Origin: Octopus sinensis
Lineage: Eukaryota
Reading direction: 5' to 3'
DNA: 64,000 nucleotides
NCBI RefSeq assembly: GCF_006345805.1
Contig: NC_043026.1
Location: 9,486,001-9,550,000, forward strand
The notes under the pieces are model-generated. The model was not told the origin of the DNA. It searched no databases and saw only the letters and a program-made list of their open reading frames with translations. A program made the position numbers and the translations under genes. Positions 53,131-64,000 of this stretch are shown one piece after another (the stretch's first letter is position 1; every line of letters starts with the position of its first letter).

Positions 53131-53808
53131 GGGCTTCTTACAGTTTCCATCTACCAAATCCACTCACAAGGCTTTGGTCGGCCCGAGGCTATAGTAGAAG
53201 ACACTTGCCCAAGGTGCCACACTGTGGGACTGAACCCGGGACCATGTGGTTGGTAAACAAGCTACTTACCACACGATCAAAATTGCTCACAAGGCCAAGG
53301 ACAGTACTGCCTGATTGGCACTCGTGCTAGTGGAACGTTAAAAGCAAATCTGAGCATGATTGTTGCCTAGGGCCACGGATTGGCTCCCGTGCAGGTAGCA
53401 CATAAAAAAACACTCTTTGAGCATGGTCATTGCCAGAACCGCCTGACAGGCCCTCGTGCTGGTGTCATGCAAACGCACCCGCTACACTCTCGGAGTCAAA
53501 CGTAATGCTTATTTATTAACGATGTTTTGAATTAATCAAGCGTTATCCTATAGCTTTGAGATTTTGATATAATGTGAACAATTACACTCTCCTTTACTCT
53601 TTTACTTGTTTCAGTCATTTCACTGCGGCCATGCTGGAGCACCGCCTTTTAGTCGAGCAACTCGACCCCAGGACTTATTCTTTTGTAAGCCCAGTACTTA
53701 TTCTATCAGCCTCTTTTGCCGAAACCGCTAAGTAATGGGGACATAACACACCAGCATCGGTTATCAAGAGATGCTATGGGGACAAAACACAGACACACAA
53801 CACAGACA

Positions 53809-53863
<55 letters not shown>

Positions 53864-54080
53864 GTATATAAAATAAATATAAAATAAATAAATATTATTA
53901 ATTTATATATATATATATATACGATGGGCTTCTTTCAGTTTCCGTCTACCAATTGAATCACAAGGCATTGGTCGGCCTGAGGCTATAGTAGAAGACACTT
54001 GCCAAAGTTGCCACGCAGGGGACTGAACCCAGAACCATGTGGTTGGTAAACAAGCTACTTACCACACAGCCACTCCTGCA

Positions 54081-54122
<42 letters not shown>

Positions 54123-54624
54123 ATACTACGACGGGCTTCTTTCAGTTTCCGTCTACCAAATCCACTCACAAGGCTGTGGTCGGTCCAAGGCTATAGTAGA
54201 AGACACTTGCCCAAGGTGCCACGCAGTGGGACTGAACCCGGAACCATGTGGTTGGTAAACAAGCTACTTACCACACAGCCACTCCTGCGCCTGTGTAGCA
54301 AAATTAAAAATTTTTTTTTCTTTTTCTTTTTCTTTGGTCAGTAAGTGTTATTTCATATTTGCTTGCCGGTGCCACCTGATTGCCCCCCACCACCACCACC
54401 CACGCCGTGCTGGTGGCACATAAAAAAGCACCCATTACCCCATTACACTCTCAGAATGGTTGGCGTAAGGAAGGGCATCCAGCTGTAGAAACGCTGCCAG
54501 ATCAGACTGAGCCTGGTGCAGCTTGCCAGACCCCAGTCAAACCGTCCAACCCATGCCAGCATGGAAAGCAGACGTTAAATGATGATGATGATGTAACATG
54601 TGATATAATTATATATACACATCA

Positions 54625-55965
54625 TCATCATCATCGTTTAGCGTCCGTTTTCCATGCTAGCATGGGTTGGACGGTTCGACCGGGGATCTGGGAAGCCAGA
54701 AGGCTGCACCAGGCTCCAGTCTGATCTGGCAGTGTTTCTACATCTGGATGCCCTTCCTACGCCAACCACTCCGAAGTGTAGTGGGTGCTTTATATTATAT
54801 ATGCATATTTTTTTCCATGCTAGCACAGGTTGGACGTTCGACGACCGTGGATCTGTGAAGCCAGGAGGCTGCACCAGGCTCCAGTCTGATCTGGCAGTGT
54901 TTCTACTGCTGATGCCCTTCCTAACGCCAACCACTCCGGAGTGTAGTGGGTGCTTTATATATATATGCATATTTTTTTCCATGCTAGCACAGGTTGGATG
55001 GTTCTACTGGGGTCTGGGAAGCCAGAAGGCTGCACAGGCTCCAGTCTGATCTGGCAGTTTTTTTCTACGGCTGATTGCCCTTCCTAACGCCAACCACTCT
55101 CCGAGAGTGTAGTGGGTGCTTTATATATATATATGCATATTTTTTCCATGCTAGCACAGGTTGGATGGTTCTACTGGGGTCTGGGAAGCCAGAAGGCTGC
55201 ACCAGGCCCAGTCTGATCTGGCAGTGTTTCTACGGCTGGATGCCCTTCCTAACGCCAACCACTCCGAGAGTGTAGTGGGTGCTTTATATATATATATATG
55301 CATATTTTTTTCCATGCTAGCACAGGTTGGACGGTTCGCGACCGGGGATCTGTGAAGCCAGGAGGCTGCACCAGGCTCCAGTCTGATCTGGCAGTGTTTC
55401 TACGGCTGGATGCCCTTCCTAACGCCAACCACTCCGAGAGTGTAGTGGGTGCTTTATATATATATATGCATATTTTTTTCCATGCTAGCACAGGTTGGAC
55501 GGTTCGACCGGGGATCTGTGAAGCCAGGAGGCTGCATCAGGCTCCAGGCTGATCTGGCAGTGTTTCTACGGCTGGATGCCCTTCCTAACGCCAACCACTC
55601 CGAGAGTGTAGTGGGTGCTTTATATATATATGCATATTTTTTTCCATGCTAGCACAGGTTGGACGGTTCGACCGGGGATCTGTGAAGCCAGGAGGCTGCA
55701 TCAGGCTCCAGGCTGATCTGGCAGTGTTTCTACGGCTGGATGCCCTTCCTAACGCCAACCACTCCGAGAGTGTAGTGGGTGCTTTATATATATCGATGGC
55801 ATATTTTTTTCCATGCTAGCACAGGTTGGACGGTTCGACCGGGGATCTGTGAAGCCAGGAGGCTGCATCAGGCTCCAGGCTGATCTGGCAGTGTTTCTAC
55901 GGCTGGATGCCCTTCCTAACGCCAACCACTCCGTGAGTGTAGTGGGTGCTTTTTACGTGCCACCT
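54625..55965 (-). repeat. Eight tandem ~165-bp copies of the RTE-LINE 3' terminus
   Basis: CCATGCTAGC repeats at ~54652, 54815, 54979, 55146, 55312, 55480, 55644 and 55811; each unit matches ~1490-1630. Confidence 0.9.
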
Positions 55966-56120
55966 GCACGTATATGTTGAGTCAGCAAGTACATGTTGAC
56001 CAGATAAATAGATCCCAAGCTGACGATGAATAGATACGTTGACAGGAACAACAGCAATGAAATCAGCCGAAAATACAAGAATGAGAGTCGACAAAAACTG
56101 GCCCATGGTGGGATACTTAC

Positions 56121-56174
56121 GTTCTCGTTATCAAAGTAGAACTTTTCATTTTCACCAGTAGATTGCCAAGGTAT
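56121..56174 (-). CDS. IFT172: IFT172 internal exon IPWQSTGENEKFYFDNEN
   Basis: CCACAG| and |GTAAGT; 54 nt, phase 0-0. Confidence 0.9.
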
Positions 56175-56919
56175 CTGTGGATAAAAGTATAAAAACAAAG
56201 TTGAATAGAAATTCTTTTAACCCTTTAATGTTCAGGGGCTGTGGTATCCTTGGCACTTAGGTGAATTTTTACTACCCTGGTAACTATTTATTTATTTTTT
56301 CTTATTATTTGTACACATTGAAAAATACACATACATTTATGTATATACAAATATATATATATATATATAAACGATGCCAGGCCTGCCTGAGTGTCTCCTG
56401 TACCAGTGGCACATAAAAAGCACCCACTGCACTCTCAGAGTGGTTGGCATTAAGAAGGGCATCCAGATGTAGAAACATTGCCAGATCAGAATGGAGCCTG
56501 GTGCAACTGATGGCTCTCCAGCCCTCAGTCAAACCGTCCAACCCATGCCAGCATGGAAAAGTGACATCAAACGATGATGATGATGATGATTACTCTGTCA
56601 AATGTAATGTTTGTTTATTTAAAATGGTTTGAATTAATCTGCACTATCTTGTAGTTTAGAGATTTCAGTGATATGATTTTTTTTAGCTTTAGAATGACAT
56701 GGTAGGGCTGAAGTGAGAGGCGAGATCTGGTCAGTTTCCATATAAAACAGGTTAAATATTTTGGCCAGATATAGCCGGTTTGAATGCTAAAGGGTTAAAT
56801 CAAATCAAATGTATATATATGACAAGCTTCTTTCAGTTTATGTCTACCAAATCCACTCACAAAGCCTTGGTCAGCACAAGGCTATAGTAGATGACATTTC
56901 CACACAGTGCCAGACATAC

Positions 56920-58010
56920 GATTTGAGGGAGATTTGGCTGTTATATCTACCAGGTTCTGATACCAAGTAGACATCTCCCTCATTGGCTCATACATACATA
57001 AGACAGTAAGGTGATTTCGCTGCTATTTCTACCAGGTCTAGCGACCAAGATGTCCCCCTCGTTGACTCATACATACTTAAGACAGCAGGGTGTGATTTGA
57101 GGGAGATTTGACTGCTATTTCTAATAGATTTAGCTACCATATAGAGGTCTTCCTCATTGGCCCATACACACACACACACCCACACATATATACATGAGAC
57201 TGCAAGGTGTAATTTGAGGGAGATTTGGTTGCTATTTCTGCCAAGTTTGGCTACCAAGAAGATGTCTCCATTCACATATACACACATAAGACAGTGGGAT
57301 GTGATTTGAGGGAGATTTGGCTGCTATTTCTACTAAGCCCAGTAACCAATTAGATGTCTCCCTCATAAGACAGCCGGGTATGATTGGAGAGACATTTGGC
57401 TGCTATTTCTAGCAGGTCTAGCTACCAAGAAGATGCCTCCCCTCATTAGCTCATACATACATAAGACAGAAGGGTGTGATTTGAAGGAGATTTGGCTGCT
57501 ATTTCGTGCAGGTCTAGCTACCAAGAAGATGTCTCCCCTCATTAGCTCATACATACATAAGACAGAAGGGTGTGATTTGAAGGAGATTTGGCTGCTATTT
57601 CGTGCAGGTCTAGCTTCCATGTAGAGGTCTCCCTTATTGGCTCATACATACGTAAGACAGAAGGGTGTGATTTCAAGGAGATTTGGCTGCTATTTCGAGC
57701 AGGTCTAGCTTCCATGTAGAGGTCTCCCTTATTGGCTCATACATACATAAGACAGAAGGGTGTGATTTCAAGGAGATTTGGCTGCTATTTCGTGCAGGTC
57801 TAGCTTCCATGTAGAGGTCTCCCTTATTGGCTCATACATACATAAGACAGAAGGGTGTGATTTCAAGGAGATTTGGCTGCTATTTCGTGCAGGTCTAGCT
57901 TCCATGTAGAGGTCTCCCTTATTGGCCCATACATACATAAGACAGTAGGGTGTGATCTGAGGGAGAATTGGCTGCTATTTCTACCAAGTCCAGCTACCAT
58001 GTAAGAAATT
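56920..58010. repeat. ~95-bp minisatellite, ~12 copies
   Basis: AAGGGTGTGA recurs at 57661, 57756 and 57851; unit core GATTTGGCTGCTATTTC. Confidence 0.85.
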
Positions 58011-58259
58011 TCAATGGATGTATGTATGAGCCAGTGAAGGAAACCTCCAGGTGGTGTCTAGACTTGCTAGAAACAGCAGCCAAATTTCTATCAAGTCAAA
58101 GCCCACATTCTGAAAACGAGAGAACAAAAATAACAATAAATAAAATGTTGACCATAACAAAGACAGATGGTCAAGGTTGGAACAGCCTAAATTATATGTC
58201 TTATTGGTGAGGCCTGAACTGGAATGAAACAACAAGAAATGACCTGGCGGGTAACTTAC

Positions 58260-58421
58260 CTCGGTGAATTTGTTGGTCAAGAGGTCAGCCAGGATGATTG
58301 TCTGGGTGGAATTAGCCACAGCATATCTGTCGCTGCCCATGATACGTACGTTGTCAATCTCGTAGCCATACTGCGATTTCAACACAGTCTTTTGACCACT
58401 GCTCAGACAGGTCACTATCAC
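58260..58421 (-). CDS. IFT172: IFT172 internal exon VIVTCLSSGQKTVLKSQYGYEIDNVRIMGSDRYAVANSTQTIILADLLTNKFTE
   Basis: CCTTGCAG| and |GTAAGT; 162 nt. The five exons sum to 477 nt (159 codons) with no stop. Confidence 0.92.
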
Positions 58422-58457
58422 CTGCAAGGAAATGTGAACATTATATACATATATATA

Positions 58458-58852
58458 TACTATCAGTAATGCCTGGCGTTGCTCGGGTTTGTTTCGACCC
58501 TTTAGAATTGGAATTTTTGAAAAGTAAAAATTTTGCATTATGTAGCTTGTTATTCTCTTTAAGTGAACATTTTTCTGGTTGAAATACACCGAAAAATGGC
58601 GACACAGCAGTCAAATAATCGTAAAAAATAGGGATTTTCATAGAAAAAAAGCACCTTTTTAATGTAAATAATGTTTGGTGTTAACATGGTCCGATTTGAA
58701 TTTTATCTTCTACGGAAGGAAGAGCAAGCCTTCTTCTATCATACTCTCAATTTTGATCAACTTGTGCCTCTGGGTCTCAGAAGAGATAGTGTTAGTTGAA
58801 GGCTACCAAACCTGCCATACACAGACAACTTTAGCTTTATATATAGAGAGAT
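58458..58852 (+). mobile_element. HINE/DINE-1-like element
   Basis: Starts TACTATCAGTAATGCCTGGCGTTGCTCGGG and ends ACAACTTTAGCTTTATATATAGAGAGAT. Confidence 0.5.
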
Positions 58853-59429
58853 ATATAAATGTCCTTATCTTCTTATATAAAATAGACCTCTATGTGTGTG
58901 TGAGATTGTGTGTGAGCGTGTGTGTGTGTGAGATTGTGTGTGAGTGTGTGTGTTTGTGTGTATACGCTTTCCATGTGAAAACAGCTGTACAAATTGCTTC
59001 CATACTTGAGATGCATGAATAATTTGACCTCGGATACATAATAGGGTCTTTAGTTTTATCTTTTTGCATCGAAAATAAATAATATTGCTTTCAAAATGTG
59101 ATTCACTTCTTTAAAAAGTTTTCTCAATGTCAGCTTCCGGTGTTGACGCAGCAACAGCGAAATTTTCCATTTTCAATAGCAAAACCTCTCACTCGCGATT
59201 TTAATGTTTTCATTTCAAGTTCTAATTCGCTATTTGCAAACAACTAAAATAAATTGCTGAAAGAAATATTTACTAAGTTCACAAATTTAAATATTCCATA
59301 CAAGATGGTTTTTAACATGCTTTTATTTATATACTCTTGTGTCTGGGGAGAGTCATTTTCTTTTTGTGCCTCATAATGTAACACACTCGCCGGTGAAATT
59401 TCCACTTATTTCTTATTTTTATTTTCCTT

Positions 59430-59960
59430 TATCTGCTGGTGGCACATAAAAAGCACCAACTAAACGTGACTGATGCCAGTACCCCCACAATGGCACCTGT
59501 GCTGGTGGCACATAAAAAGCACCCACTACACTCTCAGAGTGGTTGGCATCCAGCTATAGAAACATTGCTTGATCAGATTGGAGCCTGGTGCAGCCGCTGG
59601 CTCTCCAGACCTCAGCATGGAAAGCGGATGTTAAACGATGATGATATACATAAACATGCATATATATATATATATCATCATCATTTAACGTCTGTTGTTC
59701 CATGCTGGCATGGGTTGGATGGTTCAACTTGGGTTTGTGAAGCCAGAAGGCTGCGCCAGGTCCAGTCTGATCTGGCAGTGTTTCTACGGCTGGATGCCCT
59801 TCCTAACGCCAACCACTCCGTGAGTGTAGTGGGTGCTTTTTACATGCCACCAGCACAGGTACCAGACGAGGCTGGCAAACGGCCATGATCGGATGGTGCT
59901 TTTTACGTGCCACCAGCACGGAGGCCAGTCGGGGCGGTGCTGGCAACGGCCACGTTCGGA
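59430..59960. mobile_element. Two RTE 3'-tail fragments in opposite orientation (+ ~59430-59645; - ~59680-59960)
   Basis: Same tail motifs as 1453-1900. Confidence 0.7.
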
Positions 59961-59999
59961 TACATATATATATATATACTCACACACACATAAAATACA

Positions 60000-61188
60000 T
60001 GAAGAATCCACAACAGCACAGACAGACAGACAGACAGATAGATAGAAAGAGAGAGAAAGGAAGAAAGAGACAGAGAAGAGAGAAAGCGAGAGACAGAGCA
60101 ATGCACTGAGACATATTCTGCATGTGTATCTGTGGTGATGGGGTGGGGTACGTAGTCATTCATTCAAATACATAGGTATACACAGCCACACATACATACA
60201 CATACAGACACGCATACATACACATAGGCACACACCCACACACATACTCATAGACACACACACACACAACACATACATACACTCATACACATACATATAT
60301 ACACCCATGAAAGGATGTTATGATGTGGATATACATATGCATATGTGTGTATGTGTGTTTGTGTATGTATGTATATATATATATACTTTGCTTGTTATGT
60401 TTGTTGTCTTATTTTTACATTCTTCGTTTTTCTTTTTTTTAATTATATATATATACAGACACGCACACACACACACACATTTATATATACACACACACAG
60501 TGAGAGACAGATAGACAGACAGACAGAATGATACACACACACACACCAATATATATACACACACACACACACAAATATATATATATACACACATCAATAT
60601 ATACACACACACACCAATATATATATATATATACACATCAATATATACACACACACACCAATATATATATATATTATATATACACATCAATATATACACA
60701 CACACACCAATATATATATATATATACATATATATACACACACACAGTGAGAGACAGATAGACAGACAGAATGATACACACACACACACCAATATATATA
60801 CACACACACACACACAAATATATATATATACACACATCAATATATACACACACACACCAATATATATATATATATATATACACATCAATATATACACACA
60901 CACACCAATATATATATATATATATACACATCAATATATACACACACACACCAATATATATATATATATATACACATCAATATATACACACACACACCAA
61001 TATATATATATATATATACACATCAATATATACACACACACACCAATATATATATATATATACATATATATACACACATACACACACCAATATATATGTT
61101 CACACACACACACACACATATACACAAATGTGTGTGTGTGTGTGTGTGTGTGCACATGCGCATACAAGTACATGTGTGCATGCATGTA

Positions 61189-61226
<38 letters not shown>

Positions 61227-61232
61227 CATAGG

Positions 61233-61268
<36 letters not shown>

Positions 61269-61274
61269 CATAGG

Positions 61275-61312
<38 letters not shown>

Positions 61313-61625
61313 CATAGGCATGTGTGTGTGTGTGTGTGTGTGTACGCATAGGCATGTGTGTGTGTGTGTGTGTGTGTGTGTACGCATAGGCATGTGTGTG
61401 TGTGTGTGTGTACGCATAGGCATGTGTGTGTGTGTGTGTGTGTACGCATAGGCATGTTTGTGTGTGTGTGTGTACGCATAGGCATGTGTGTGTGTGTGTG
61501 TGTGTGGTGTGTACGCATGGGCATGTGTGTGTGTGTGTGTGTGTACGCATAGGCATGTGGTGTGTGTGTGTGTGTGTGTGTGTGTAGCATGGGCATGTGT
61601 GTGTGTGTGGTGGTGTACGCATAGG

Positions 61626-61658
<33 letters not shown>

Positions 61659-61894
61659 TACGCATGGATGTGTGTGTGTGGTGTGTGGTACGCATAGGCA
61701 TGTGTGTGGTGTGTGGTGTGTGTGTGCATGGCAATGGGCATTTGTGTGGTGTGTGTGTGTGTACGCATAGGCATGTGTGGGTGTGTGTGGTTGTGTGTGT
61801 GTACGCATGGGCATGTGTGTGTGTGTGTTGTGTGTGGTGTACGCATAGGCATGTTGTGTGTGTGTGGTGTGTGTGTGTGGACGCATGGGCATGT

Positions 61895-61926
<32 letters not shown>

Positions 61927-62039
61927 CAAGGCATGTGTGTTGGTGTGTGTGTGTGTGTGTGTACGCATAGGCATGTGTGGTGTGTGTACGCATAGGCATG
62001 TGTGTGTGTGTGTGTGTGTGTGTTGTGTGTACGCATAGG

Positions 62040-62073
<34 letters not shown>

Positions 62074-62141
62074 CATGGGCATGTGTGTGTGTGTGTGGTG
62101 TGTGTGTGTGTACGCATAGGCATGTGTGTGTGTGTGTGTGT
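60000..62141. repeat. Microsatellite complex: (CA)/(TA)/(GACA), then (TG)n units separated by TACGCATAGGCA (61129-62141)
   Basis: Direct reading. Confidence 0.95.
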
Positions 62142-62429
62142 CTTAATAAATTAAAGCCTCAACATTTTCCTATGTACATAAATCAAATTGTCAGAATGTA
62201 TTCCTCTTCCAGCACCGATCAGGCCTGCAAATCTTTCTGGGTACCGACGACTGGCAAGCTTTCACACATAAATCAACTGTCAGAAATCAAGACAGAACAA
62301 ACAAAAAAGGATGGTACAGTCACGGATGAAACATCTTTGATCATGTGTCCTCTAGGAGAAAGCTGACCCAGGGCTAAACATCGACAACAGCAAGATACAG
62401 TATATTGATTTTTGTAGTCCTAGATACAC

Positions 62430-64000
62430 TTTGAATCGAAGTTGGGATGGGCATGGATGGAACATTCGATCATGAGATCTGGAACTGACCTAGACCAACA
62501 ACAGCAAAGAATACATTGAATTTTGTACTCCAAGATAGACTTTGAATGTAAGTTGGGATGGGCATGGATGAGAACATTTGATCATGAGATCTGGAACAGG
62601 ACCTAGACCAACAGCGGCAAAGGGTACATTGAATTTTGTAACTCCTGATACACTTGATGTAAGTTGGGATGGGCATGGATGGAACATTCGATCATGAGAT
62701 CTGGAACTGACCTAGACCAACAACAGCAAAGAATACATTGAATTTTGTACTCCAAGATAGACTTTGAATGTAAGTTGGGATGGGCATGGATGGAACATTC
62801 GATCATGAGATCTGGAACTGACCTAGACCAACAACAGCAAAGAATACATTGAATTTTGTACTCCAAGATAGACTTTGAATGTAAGTTGGGATGGGCATGG
62901 ATGGAACATTTGATCATGAGATCTGGAACTGACCTACACCAACAGCTGCAAAGGGTACATTGAATTTTGTACTCCTAGATACACTTTGAATGTAAGTTGG
63001 GATGGGCATGGATGGAACATTTGATCATGAGATCTGGAACTGACCTACACCAACAGCTGCAAAGGGTACATTGAATTTTGTACTCCTAGATACACTTTGA
63101 ATGTAAGTTGGGATGGGCATGGATGGAACATTTGATCATGAGATCTGGAACAGACCTAGACCAACAGCGGCAAAGGGTACATTGATTTTTGTACTCCTAG
63201 ATACACTTTGAATGTAAGTTGGGATGGGCATGGATGGAACATTTGATCATGAGATCTGGAACTGACCTAGACCAACAGCTGCAAAGGGTACATTGAATTT
63301 TGTACTCCTAGATACACTTTGAATGTAAGTTGGGATGGGCATGGATGGAACATTTGATCATGAGATCTGGAACTGACCTAGACCAACAGCGGCAAAGGGT
63401 ACATTGAATTTTGTACTCCTAGATACACTTTGAATGTAAGTTGGGATGGGCATGGATGGAACATTTGATCATGAGATCTGGAACTGACCTAGACCAACAG
63501 CTGCAAAGGGTACATTGAATTTTGTACTCCTAGATACACTTTGAATGTAAGTTGGGATGGGCATGGATGGAACATTTGATCATGAGATCTGGAACTGACC
63601 TAGACCAACAGCTGCAAAGGGTACATTGAATTTTGTACTCCTAGATACACTTTGAATGTAAGTTGGGATGGGCATGGATGGAACATTTGATCATGAGATC
63701 TGGAACTGACCTAGACCAACAGCTGCAAAGGGTACATTGAATTTTGTACTCCTAGATACACTTTGAATGTAAGTTGGGATGGGCATGGATGGAACATTTG
63801 ATCATGAGATCTGGAACTGACCTAGACCAACAGCTGCAAAGGGTACATTGAATTTTGTACTCCTAGATACACTTTGAATGTAAGTTGGGATGGGCATGGA
63901 TGGAACATTTGATCATGAGATCTGGAACTGACCTAGACCAACAGCGGCAAAGGGTACATTGAATTTTGTACTCCTAGATACACTTTGAATGTAAGTTGGG
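62430..64000. repeat. 111-bp satellite, at least 14 copies, running off the window
   Basis: ATTTGATCAT recurs at 63241, 63352 and 63463. Confidence 0.95.

Noticed and set aside
55897-56106. 69-aa minus-strand ORF next to an IFT172 exon
   Set aside because: No recognisable homology; lies in the intron downstream of a canonical GTAAGT donor and runs into a LINE-tail repeat
56221-56794. Single piggyBac-like MITE spanning TTAA-CCCTTT to AAAGGG-TTAA
   Set aside because: The interior left part does not match the related copies in the ZNF 3' UTRs; probably pieces of two elements
62161-62300. Possible upstream IFT172 exon after a strong acceptor-like tract on the - strand
   Set aside because: No frame resembles the expected upstream IFT172 sequence and the frames contain stops
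60771-62366. Long His/Thr- and Cys/Val-rich ORFs
   Set aside because: (CA)/(TG) repeat translations
62430-64000. CRISPR-like array or 37-codon coding repeat
   Set aside because: Eukaryotic context with no unique spacers; all six frames of the consensus unit contain stops

Overview
AT-rich animal DNA, most likely an octopus (inferred from the tRNA-derived SINEs, RTE/CR1 LINEs, TA microsatellites and tandem KRAB-less C2H2 genes). A 100-N gap at 48291-48390 splits the window. Left of the gap is a head-to-tail array of ~7.5-10 kb units on the + strand. A full unit has a short non-coding first exon behind a CGCATGCGCA (NRF1-like) site, a ~1.1 kb intron, one coding exon (25-aa N-terminal peptide plus 10-46 C2H2 fingers) and a shared set of nested transposon relics. 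Six ZNF copies are present: one truncated, one heavily indel-damaged, three with a single frameshift and one intact (41056-43218). A seventh promoter/exon 1 is cut off by the gap. The copies are mosaics that gained, lost and swapped whole 84-bp fingers, and one carries an in-frame 1464-bp self-duplication. Four copies start with a PKDLT (PxDLS/T-like, candidate CtBP-binding) motif followed by a basic NLS-like stretch. Right of the gap, five phase-consistent GT-AG exons on the - strand encode 159 aa of IFT172, which transcribes toward the array. If the scaffold join is right, the ZNF cluster lies antisense inside an IFT172 intron. The IFT172 introns hold SINEs, an L1/Tx1 fragment, HINE-like elements and three tandem arrays (~165, ~95 and 111 bp units) that appear to derive from dispersed repeats. 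Coordinates were read by eye; no alignments or database searches were run.
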